The position numbers were made by a program, and so were the translations under genes. From an uncultured virus (IMG/VR IMGVR_UViG_3300034272_002779) (Duplodnaviria; Heunggongvirae; Uroviricota; Caudoviricetes): a DNA stretch of 64,000 bases. Positions 9,942 to 18,380 of the stretch are shown piece after piece. The notes beneath the pieces are model-generated. The model was not told the origin of the DNA. It saw only the letters and a list, made by a program, of their open reading frames with translations, and did not search any database. Within the stretch, counting starts at the first letter, position 1, and every line of letters begins with the position of its first letter. The stretch is taken from IMG/VR virus record IMGVR_UViG_3300034272_002779; one strand, written 5' to 3'.

Positions 9942-10304
9942 ATGAAATTAAAAAGATTTAGCTTAGACATTGCATTTGACGGACCTTGCAATGACACTGG
10001 AAAATTCCTAACCTATCTTCAAGAGGTATGCGAGGTATTCAATCTGCAAATTGTTGGTCTTATTCCAGTTGGTCCGGGAGGAGCTTGGCCAGAGGTTACC
10101 TTCCGAGGTACTGAAGAGGATCTCACCAAATTTTCAATTGCATTTCATGATGATCCAGAATTGGGTCGGGAAATGATTGATGATTATCTTGAAGAAGATG
10201 ATGAGCAGGCATTTTCAGTTTTTGTCGATGAGAGATATACGACCAAGGGTAATCGTCAATTCATCAATGAGGATGGGACATTATCATTCAAGGAATGGGA
10301 ATAG
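9942..10304 (+). CDS. hypothetical protein
   Basis: GPGGAWPEV motif; promoter and terminator. Confidence 0.75.
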   Translation: MKLKRFSLDIAFDGPCNDTGKFLTYLQEVCEVFNLQIVGLIPVGPGGAWPEVTFRGTEEDLTKFSIAFHDDPELGREMIDDYLEEDDEQAFSVFVDERYTTKGNRQFINEDGTLSFKEWE

Positions 10305-10497
10305 ATCAAATCACAAATTATTAAAAGGATCTTCGGATCCTTTTTTTGTGGGCATAAGTTTGCAGCTTATCTACCTTGAAACACCGTCGCCAACGGTGGA
10401 CGGATACAGACCGATCGGATTTAATCCTTATGGTTTTATTTTTTTATCCTATTCCAAATTCTTATATTTATACTATAACCAATTAAAAGAATACCAA

Positions 10498-11034
10498 ATG
10501 AAAAATTTATCGTTAGAAGGACTAACACCAGAGCAAATAAAATTGCTAGAATCTGTAGCTGATGGATTTAGAGTAGCAAAAAAAGAAGAACCGGTAGTGG
10601 TAGAATCACCGAAGGACGAACCACCTAAATTCTATAGGATAATTAGTATGAAATCCTGGCTGGAAGAGGAAGATGATTATGGTTACACTACAGAGATAGA
10701 TTTTATAGCTAAGGTAAGATCCAACGACCCGGATAGTTTAGAACGTGTCTTATATGATGATTACTTTCCACTCTTAAAAAAACATGTTGACAAAAATAAA
10801 GAAAAAGAAGGATTTGATTTGATTAGGCTAATAAGCGAATATGATTTTTTTGAAGATGCTAATTATTCTAAAGATGGATTTAGTAGGGGAATAGGTTTTA
10901 CAATATACGTCGACGAAATTACAGAGGAAGAATATAATGATTCCGATAAATGGAAAGATGCTGATGTGGAGTGTATACCAGCGAAATTCAATATCGTATC
11001 TAGCGGGTTTACTAAAATACTCAAAGAATACTAG
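10498..11034 (+). CDS. hypothetical acidic protein
   Basis: Start reassigned to MKNLSLE after the promoter. Confidence 0.75.
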   Translation: MKNLSLEGLTPEQIKLLESVADGFRVAKKEEPVVVESPKDEPPKFYRIISMKSWLEEEDDYGYTTEIDFIAKVRSNDPDSLERVLYDDYFPLLKKHVDKNKEKEGFDLIRLISEYDFFEDANYSKDGFSRGIGFTIYVDEITEEEYNDSDKWKDADVECIPAKFNIVSSGFTKILKEY

Positions 11035-11248
11035 AAGACGAGGATTAAAAAATAAACAATTACACTAAAGGGGCTTATGCTCCTTTTTTTGTGTCCATAG
11101 GTTTAGTATAGGTTTGCATCCTTTGCAGCTGGAAACACCGTCGCCAACGGTGGATGGATACAGACCGATTGGATTTAATCCTTATGATTTTATTTTTTAT
11201 CCTATTTGGAATACTTATATTTATGCTATAACCAATTAAAATTTAACT

Positions 11249-11554
11249 ATGGAAAGAAAAAAAATAATCACTAGCAAAGATATCAAATTTGAGGCTGGGT
11301 CCAATGAGAACTCTTATCATTTGAGACACCGGGCAAAACCGAATATTAAGATTAAAATACAAGGTATAAAAAGCGGGTCTACTAAGATACTATTGAAGCC
11401 ACATTGGCATTTTGCTAATCTTTCGGAGGCTGAACGTATTCAGTGTGATATATTTGATCTTATTCGTAAAGAATTTCTGGAATTAGATTCCACCAAAGAA
11501 AAGATAGCTGAGATCATTAATAAAAGATGTTCTAAATATGACGACATAAAGTAA
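11249..11554 (+). CDS. hypothetical protein
   Basis: ORF behind repeated promoter. Confidence 0.7.
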   Translation: MERKKIITSKDIKFEAGSNENSYHLRHRAKPNIKIKIQGIKSGSTKILLKPHWHFANLSEAERIQCDIFDLIRKEFLELDSTKEKIAEIINKRCSKYDDIK

Positions 11555-11571
11555 CCAATAAAGACTCGAAG

Positions 11572-11859
11572 ATGAAGGCATTTAAAATAGTACTAAATCA
11601 CCTGCAGGTAGATTATTGGGATCAACTAGAAGTAGTGGTCGTCATACTTATCGTTGGGGCTAAAAACAAAACCTCTGCGAAAGAGATTGTCTCGAAAAAA
11701 TATAAGATAGTTAACAATCTAGCTAAGAGCGAAACGGGTTCTTTTCAAATTATGAGCTCTAATATTATAAACGAATGTACTGCTAAATCTGAATTTATAG
11801 AGGAAGTGTATTCAAGCGGAGATCCAGTCCTAAATAAATTACCTAATAGATCTTATTAA
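11572..11859 (+). CDS. hypothetical protein
   Basis: ORF track. Confidence 0.55.
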   Translation: MKAFKIVLNHLQVDYWDQLEVVVVILIVGAKNKTSAKEIVSKKYKIVNNLAKSETGSFQIMSSNIINECTAKSEFIEEVYSSGDPVLNKLPNRSY

Positions 11860-11995
11860 TTTCAAAAATCATTTTTTCTTTAAATAGAATCTTGTGCATT
11901 TGCATTTAAAAAAAATTCCAAATCTGTCCCGGGTTAATTTTTTATCCTGGGCCTAATTGTGTACTTTTATACTATAACCAATTAAAAACAAACCA

Positions 11996-12295
11996 ATGAA
12001 AAAACTATTGATTGTCTATCGACTATTTGACCCAACTTACGGTCCACAGGGAAATGCTAAAACATTAGCTGTTCGATTGAATGAGGACAACACTCTATCC
12101 TATTCATACTACGGTGGTTGGCAACCTAGCGGAATGGGATTTGCAATTTCAAACATGCAACTCAAACGTTCATTACCTTTGGGAGCCAGAAATTTCAAAA
12201 CGGTCGAAGACCTACATCAGGAAATCGTTTCAATCCTGGCAACCGGGGTAGGTTCAAGGAAAATCAGCACGTTTGAAATCCTGAACGACCTATAA
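11996..12295 (+). CDS. hypothetical protein
   Basis: ORF behind repeated promoter. Confidence 0.7.
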   Translation: MKKLLIVYRLFDPTYGPQGNAKTLAVRLNEDNTLSYSYYGGWQPSGMGFAISNMQLKRSLPLGARNFKTVEDLHQEIVSILATGVGSRKISTFEILNDL

Positions 12296-12379
12296 AAAAC
12301 ATTTGGAATTTGGCCCAGGTTAATTTTTTATCCTGGGCCTAATTGTGTACTTTTATATTAACCAATTAAAAGAAACCAA

Positions 12380-12565
12380 ATGAGAAATTGTCAAAGATGC
12401 GGAAAGGAAGCTAACCCTACCATTATGTCCATGTTTAATACCCAAATGATATGTATGGGTTGCAAGGATGAAGAGAAGAAGAATCCGAGGTATGACGAAG
12501 CGGTAAGGAGAGAAGCTGAAGAGGTAAAAAAAGGAAATTATAATTTTGAAGGAATAGGGTTATAA
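12380..12565 (+). CDS. small zinc-finger protein
   Basis: CQRC...SMFNTQMICMGC. Confidence 0.7.
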   Translation: MRNCQRCGKEANPTIMSMFNTQMICMGCKDEEKKNPRYDEAVRREAEEVKKGNYNFEGIGL

Positions 12566-12623
12566 TATTTTTTTATCCCAACTCTAATCGTTACTTTTAT
12601 CTTACAACCAATTAAAAAACAAA

Positions 12624-12782
12624 ATGAAAACAAGAACAACAATACATTGGACATTATACATTATACTAGTCATTACAATACTAAGCTTTATGGTTACACC
12701 TAAAGCTTGGATGGTTGTTCTGGCAATAGGCATTGTACTTTATGTAAGACATGCACTAAATACAAAAACTGAGGGGGATTAG
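12624..12782 (+). CDS. small membrane protein (not in ORF track)
   Basis: 52 aa with two hydrophobic segments, after promoter. Confidence 0.65.
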   Translation: MKTRTTIHWTLYIILVITILSFMVTPKAWMVVLAIGIVLYVRHALNTKTEGD

Positions 12783-12964
12783 ATTTTAGGTTGGTTGGTT
12801 ATAAATGAAAAGGGCCTCGTACACACGAGGTCTTTTTTGTTGGGCAAACGCTAAGCTCTCCTCCGACACACCGTCGCCAACGGTGTTGTGGATGTGAAGT
12901 AAAAATTAGATGTGAAGTAGATATATAAGTTCAATACACGACAAAACAAAAAAAAACAAAAATT

Positions 12965-13549
12965 ATGAGTAGAAACATTATTGATTTTGATAATTTCTCT
13001 TCAAGCGATTATGAAGCGGGATATTCAGAAGAAGGTCTTAGCATCGAAGAAGCATTGGACTTCGTAAATGGTGCGGAACTGGAAGAACTATTAGCTATCA
13101 ATCTTGACGAGGCAGAGGGAGCAGCACCAGGGGAAGGTATAGCTTCTGTTATAGCTGGAGGATCACAAGGCATGGCGAAGATTGTACAACAAGGTCTAGA
13201 AAAAGCAGGAGTTATCGGTAAAGATAAAAAACCTATGAAATTGAATCCAAAGGAAGCTTTCGGTAAAGTTACCAGCGGTATTTTGAATCAGGTAGCAGAT
13301 CCAACTAAGGCAGCTTTATTACTTAGAAACTATTATTCACGCTTTCTAAACATGAATAAGGTTCCTTGTAATATGATTAACATCGACAGCAAGAAAGAAA
13401 TGAAGTTTGCTGACTATCAGAAAATGATGCAGGATAAAGCAATTAAATCTAAAGGTGGTGTAAAACCAGGAGCACCGGGAGCTAAACCAGGAGCACCGGG
13501 AGCTAAACCAGGAGCACCAGCTGCAGGAGCAAAACCTGAAGGTAAGTAA
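12965..13549 (+). CDS. tagged putative internal protein with PGAPGAK repeats
   Basis: MSRNIIDFDNF; GATATATA at ~12920; 21-nt tandem repeats at the 3' end. Confidence 0.7.
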   Translation: MSRNIIDFDNFSSSDYEAGYSEEGLSIEEALDFVNGAELEELLAINLDEAEGAAPGEGIASVIAGGSQGMAKIVQQGLEKAGVIGKDKKPMKLNPKEAFGKVTSGILNQVADPTKAALLLRNYYSRFLNMNKVPCNMINIDSKKEMKFADYQKMMQDKAIKSKGGVKPGAPGAKPGAPGAKPGAPAAGAKPEGK

Positions 13550-13758
13550 TAAACAACCAAACCTAAATATGAAAAGACTCTTCGGAGTCTTTTTTTGTGG
13601 GATCTGGATTGCCTCCTATAAACACCCCGGAACATAGTATGGTGGTAACATACTCCGCACGCACGTCCGTAATTAACATTAGACTGCTAATAATTTTTTT
13701 ATTCGTGCTAAAGGACTTATATTTGCTATGTTTAACACTTTAACTAAAGATAAACAAA

Positions 13759-14043
13759 ATGAATAGAGAAACTAGATTTGAATCCGGATTAATCGTTTAC
13801 AAGGGAGACTGGGCTGGTTCACAATGGACTATCACAGGCAACATGAAGCGATCATTCACCATTAAGGAGTTTGAATCAGCTCATGACTTCGAGGACTTCA
13901 TTAAAGAAAGGATCGATTGCCGAGGTATAGAGTTTGATAGTGAGTTCTGTCAATTCTTTGCCTACACCAAGACTCCTGAAAGAGCAATCAGGTTTGCCCG
14001 GGATATAGAGGCTTACTTCGCTAAGGTCCGAAGACTTCTATAA
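13759..14043 (+). CDS. hypothetical protein
   Basis: TATATTTG promoter upstream. Confidence 0.7.
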   Translation: MNRETRFESGLIVYKGDWAGSQWTITGNMKRSFTIKEFESAHDFEDFIKERIDCRGIEFDSEFCQFFAYTKTPERAIRFARDIEAYFAKVRRLL

Positions 14044-14166
14044 ACAACGGTGAATCCAACTGGCAATCTAGCCCGACAAAATCGGGCTGGAATTTTTTGT
14101 GGTTTATTTTTTTTCCTGGACCCTAATGATTACTTTAGCTTTATAACCAATTAAAACCAAATAATT

Positions 14167-14505
14167 ATGTTCAATCAACTTTGTGTATGGCCAGGAGTTA
14201 TCGTAGGATCTACTCCACAAGAACAAGAAGAGTTAGTAAAGTTCATGAAGAACGAAATGGGAGTTAGAGTTAAGTATCATACCGAGGTGCAAACTCTGCC
14301 TGATCTGAACCCATCGGGAAATCCTATTCCAGAGACCGGAGGTCGTAATGATCTTTTCTTCTTCGTCCACGATGAGGATGTTTCAAAGTTTGCAGTTCCA
14401 AGACTTCACTTAGGCATCCGATGGTGGGAGGATGTGATTGTGTACAACGACAACTCACACCTATACACTCAAGAGTTCATTCAAGCCAATCCTCCCAAAT
14501 GGTAG
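14167..14505 (+). CDS. conserved phage hypothetical protein
   Basis: TGGRNDLFF...GIRWWEDV. Confidence 0.75.
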   Translation: MFNQLCVWPGVIVGSTPQEQEELVKFMKNEMGVRVKYHTEVQTLPDLNPSGNPIPETGGRNDLFFFVHDEDVSKFAVPRLHLGIRWWEDVIVYNDNSHLYTQEFIQANPPKW

Positions 14506-14703
14506 GATCTGGTCTCTGAATAATCTAAATCCTCAGTTTCCCCGCTGAGGATTTTTTGTGTGCGCTGAATTCGCAGCAGCTGGTAACACCGTTGCCAACG
14601 GTGGATGGGCGGAGAGCTGGAGGGAACTTATTTTCCCCTGAATCGGATTTTCCCCGTAATAGGATGTTACTTTTGAATTATACTTATACATAAAAAGAAT
14701 TAA

Positions 14704-15120
14704 ATGACAACGGTATTCTTCTTACTCACAATCCTCTTCCTTCTATACGAGGTGTATGGGATAATCAACACTCGAAGCTTATACGAGTTTAAAAAGTCAG
14801 TTGCTGATAAGTCAAAGTTTAATTCCGAGGAGGATAGATCTGCAGGTTGTCTTTATCTATTCATTATACTACCATACTTCTTCTGGGGTGTCCTCGGTGT
14901 TGCCCTTAGCGATCAATGGATTTCTTTCGTTATACTCTTTGCAATCGGAATCGTTACTTCAATAATTTCTAATGGGCTTAAAAGAATAGGTCACCCCGAC
15001 GGTGTGGTCAAGATGCTCTGGCTAAAGATAGATGCTTTAGCTTCTGCAATCATGTTGGTTGATATCTTCATGGTTCACTTCAGAGGCGATGTGTACACTT
15101 CAATTCTGGTTTTGTTTTAG
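14704..15120 (+). CDS. multi-pass membrane protein
   Basis: About four hydrophobic segments. Confidence 0.75.
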   Translation: MTTVFFLLTILFLLYEVYGIINTRSLYEFKKSVADKSKFNSEEDRSAGCLYLFIILPYFFWGVLGVALSDQWISFVILFAIGIVTSIISNGLKRIGHPDGVVKMLWLKIDALASAIMLVDIFMVHFRGDVYTSILVLF

Positions 15121-15300
15121 GTTTGGTTTTTTAAATTGGTAAATCTGGGTCAGCATACGTCCCAGATTTTTTTGTGGGAAAAGCTTGGATGTCCATGCAG
15201 AACACCGTTGGTAAACTTTTTTCAATTTTATCCCGGGTTAATTTTTTTTCCCGGTTAAGATCCCTTACTTTTATATCATAACCAATTAAAACAAAACAAA

Positions 15301-15444
15301 ATGAAAACAGCAGGAAAAATCGCAACAGTTACTTTGCAAGTTTGGTCAGCAGCATTAGCTTTAACTTTAGTAGTAGCAATCGTATTTGCAATCGTTCAGG
15401 TTGTGACAGGCAACTACCACGGTACTGCATCTAGAGAATTCTAA
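15301..15444 (+). CDS. 47 aa membrane peptide (not in ORF track)
   Basis: MKTAGKIATVTLQVWSAALALTLVV... after promoter. Confidence 0.65.
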   Translation: MKTAGKIATVTLQVWSAALALTLVVAIVFAIVQVVTGNYHGTASREF

Positions 15445-15520
15445 AGCAAAAACATTTTCTTGAATCAATCTGAGAGCCTGGTCCACACCAGGCTTTTTTG
15501 TGTCCATAGGTTTCCCATAG

Positions 15521-15560
15521 GTTTTCAGAGGTTTTCAGAGGTTTTCAGAGGTTTTCAGAT
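15521..15560. repeat. 10-bp tandem repeat
   Basis: (GTTTTCAGAG)x4, last copy ends in T. Confidence 0.9.
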
Positions 15561-15598
15561 GTTACAGCTGGATTCACCGTCGGCAACGGTGTTACCAG

Positions 15599-15862
15599 TT
15601 ATAGCATAGGATTCGATGTTGCAGAATCAGGAACTCTGATGATGATTGAATCTCCAAATCGGTCAACACCAAATCCAGTTGGAGATAGATTTCTGTAATA
15701 ATCTAGGTAATAATCTGTACGATCAAAGCCCTCGGTGTTCTCACTCTCTCTTACGCAATTAGGAACTATACGTCCATTCTTTTTCTTAGTACCAATCTGC
15801 TTGTATCCTTTCCAACAAGGATTGGCTTTTTCTTTTAGAAAATCTGAATAAGTTAGAATCAT
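15599..15862 (-). CDS. tagged protein with CWKGY...VPNCV motif
   Basis: MILTYSDFLKE; ATATATA upstream; motif recurrent in T4-like phage proteins. Confidence 0.7.
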   Translation of the reverse strand: MILTYSDFLKEKANPCWKGYKQIGTKKKNGRIVPNCVRESENTEGFDRTDYYLDYYRNLSPTGFGVDRFGDSIIIRVPDSATSNPML

Positions 15863-15962
15863 GCTCTATATATTTACCCCGGCCGAAAATAATCACGGGT
15901 TAATTTTTTTTCCCGGGCTAGATGGATTATATTTACTTCATAACCAATTAAAACAAAAAACC

Positions 15963-16139
15963 ATGAAAACATTAGCTTTCAGAATCAATCTAGTTATTGC
16001 AACACTTTGCATGTTAGTATCAGCAGCAGGTTTCTTTGGAGCAATCCTAACCGGTCATCTGTTTCAAGGAGTCTTTTTTGGATTTCTCACGGTGATTGCC
16101 ATAGGCATACTTAAACTCACTATAGAAGAATCCGCATAA
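15963..16139 (+). CDS. small membrane protein
   Basis: Start reassigned (MKTLAFR); two TM segments. Confidence 0.7.
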   Translation: MKTLAFRINLVIATLCMLVSAAGFFGAILTGHLFQGVFFGFLTVIAIGILKLTIEESA

Positions 16140-16303
16140 AAAATTAGGTTAGGTTGGTTAAGTGAGTAAGAAGTCCCGGAGCAATCTGGGACTTTTTTGT
16201 GGTGTGTGGATATGCAGCATCCGATCAGATCTGCACATTCACCTCGGTCAACGGTGAAAGGATGTTGAATCTTGTAGAGTTATATACAATAAAAAGAGAA
16301 GCT

Positions 16304-16474
16304 ATGAGAAAGAAAGGATTAAAACTCAGAAACTCATGGGGCAGAGGTTTGCAATGGGACAAACTTCACATTTACCTCAGAGTTGGCCCGTTGGTACTAT
16401 TCCAACTAGACACTGACTGGTCAAACCGCCGGTTTACATTAGCTGTACTGAACTTTAAGATCACTAATAAGTAG
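16304..16474 (+). CDS. hypothetical protein
   Basis: ATG start MRKKGLK; terminator downstream. Confidence 0.55.
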   Translation: MRKKGLKLRNSWGRGLQWDKLHIYLRVGPLVLFQLDTDWSNRRFTLAVLNFKITNK

Positions 16475-16570
16475 AGATATGGTTTAGTAAGAGAAAGCTC
16501 CTTATGGAGCTTTTTTTGTCCGAGGTGTTTCCCATTTAAAATGATATATATAAAAAAATAAAAAACTCAC

Positions 16571-16852
16571 ATGAACGCGAACATTCTTGAATTTGATGAT
16601 TTCTCTAATGAATCGATTATGCCTAGACCTGATGGAAGAAAAGTACCTGCACCACACTTTCCGCTAACACCCGAGGAGAAAGTGGTGATAGATGATTTTA
16701 AGGCAGAAGTTGAAAGAGCTCTTGTACAGGAGATTGTTAGGCCAAACTTTGGAGCCAACAAATACAGTTCTAGACCTAAGACACTAAAAGAGCTGATTGA
16801 AGATTTACAATCAGTAATAACAGATTTTGCTCCGAAAGCTAAATCAAGATAA
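16571..16852 (+). CDS. tagged putative internal protein
   Basis: MNANILEFDDFSNES; GATATATA upstream. Confidence 0.7.
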   Translation: MNANILEFDDFSNESIMPRPDGRKVPAPHFPLTPEEKVVIDDFKAEVERALVQEIVRPNFGANKYSSRPKTLKELIEDLQSVITDFAPKAKSR

Positions 16853-16962
16853 TCACATTGCAGCACATGCATTACACCGAGGGCTAGAAAAAATCTAGTC
16901 CTTTATTTTTTTTCCTGGACATGAATACTTATATTTACTTATAACCAATTAAACAAATCATT

Positions 16963-17061
16963 ATGTCAAAGCAAACAAAAAAGGGAAAGAAATCAATTAA
17001 ATCTGCAAACATTCAGGCTCAGGAATGGGATAACGATTCTTGGGCAACTCAGAGAGGATAA
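16963..17061 (+). CDS. 32 aa peptide
   Basis: After the last early promoter; MSKQTKKGKK... Confidence 0.5.
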   Translation: MSKQTKKGKKSIKSANIQAQEWDNDSWATQRG

Positions 17062-17329
17062 GTTTGGAGTCAGATCCCAAGCAGGCGAAGAACCGGGGTA
17101 GTGCCCGGTTTTTTTTGTGGACCAGGTTTTCCTATGGGAAGAATAGATTCAACACCGCTGGCCGAGGTGAATTGAGGGAGGCATCCAAGGGTCCCAAAAG
17201 GACCCCAGATGGGATCCAGATAGGACCAGGAGAGCTCATGAGATTCACCCCGGCCAATTCATCCACGGTGAAAAAGAAGATAGCTATGGGAATCCAGGAA
17301 ATCTTCTTCTTTCACATCCCGGGGTGTTA

Positions 17330-17700
17330 CTCATAAGCAAGCATAAAAACTTTAAGCTTGCTTCTTGTCTTCTTAGATGTACCCGCGGTGAAACTCTTAT
17401 AGTTCTGCGAAAAGCTATGCTTTCTGCTTTCTCTAAAAAAAGGCCCCCTTGCCCATATGGTGGAGGGGGGTAAAATTAGGGTCCTCTCTATAGGGTACTA
17501 GGCCCCCTCGTATACAGGGCCTTTTTAGGGGGTGGGGAAGGCTAAGGGGAAGGGTCCCTTATTTAGGGGTCCCCAGAAAGAGTCTAATTAGGGGTCCCTC
17601 AGCAGGGTCCATTTGAGGGGGCCTCGTATACAGGGAGAAGCAGCCCGTGCAAAACGCTGAGGACCGAGTTCTATTAAATGAGCTTCCATGACAACAAGCT
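17330..17700. other. GC-rich non-coding island with G/C tracts and repeats
   Basis: CCTCGTATACAGGG twice, repeated TAGGGGTCC, no credible ORF. Confidence 0.6.
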
Positions 17701-17726
17701 CCATCCAGTCAACCGATATATAGCAC

Positions 17727-18356
17727 ATGAAACACATAAAAGGATTTGGATTGTTTGAAGCAGTTATCATGCCATCCAAGATAGAAGATGATGCTCCTGT
17801 GAATTCTTTTGAATCAGCGGTAGAGTTCGGTCGGAGAAATGGATTTGAAGTTGTTGACTATGACGAGTTCTATAACTCTCTAGGAGAAGCAGATAAGAGA
17901 ACTGCACCACCAAGAAGAGGCACGCCTTTCTTTGCTCTCTTCCATCCCATCAGAAAAATCCCTATGTTTGTTCTTGCTGATCCGAATGCTACAAGGATCA
18001 TTCCCAACTTCAAAGAGATCATGCTAGATATCATCGGTCATGAGATGGTACACTCGGAGCAATTAAGAAGAAGAGGAGGTATAGAATTTGCTCTTCCAGA
18101 TCCTTTAGATAAAAAAGCTTACTTCTCCAACAAGGAGGAGATCATGGCATTCTCGTTCACTATCGCCAATGATCTAGCTAAAACACAAAGCAATCCAGAG
18201 GAGGCCATGAAAGAATTGGATAGGGTAACTCCATTCTCGCCAAGAGGTCCACAGTATAAGATGGTCTGGGATTCTATTAGAAGAAACTGTGACGAAAAGA
18301 CAATCAGAAAATACCGTAAGTACATCTACATGTATTTGACCAAAATGCTGAACTAG
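17727..18356 (+). CDS. tagged protein with HExxH zincin-like motif
   Basis: MKHIKGFGLFEA; IGHEMVH...EEIMAF. Confidence 0.7.
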   Translation: MKHIKGFGLFEAVIMPSKIEDDAPVNSFESAVEFGRRNGFEVVDYDEFYNSLGEADKRTAPPRRGTPFFALFHPIRKIPMFVLADPNATRIIPNFKEIMLDIIGHEMVHSEQLRRRGGIEFALPDPLDKKAYFSNKEEIMAFSFTIANDLAKTQSNPEEAMKELDRVTPFSPRGPQYKMVWDSIRRNCDEKTIRKYRKYIYMYLTKMLN

Positions 18357-18380
18357 AGAAGAAAGAAAATATATACATTC

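Noticed and set aside
10177..10497. N-terminal extensions in the ORF track (also 2274, 15861, 39597, 44770)
   Set aside because: They run through terminators, promoters or tRNAs; downstream ATGs fit the leader motif.
2900..17200. CRISPR array from the palindromic repeats
   Set aside because: Copies are hundreds to thousands of bases apart with genes between them; no regular spacers or cas genes.
17040..17336. 98-aa ORF
   Set aside because: TTG start, crosses a terminator and palindromes; likely spurious.
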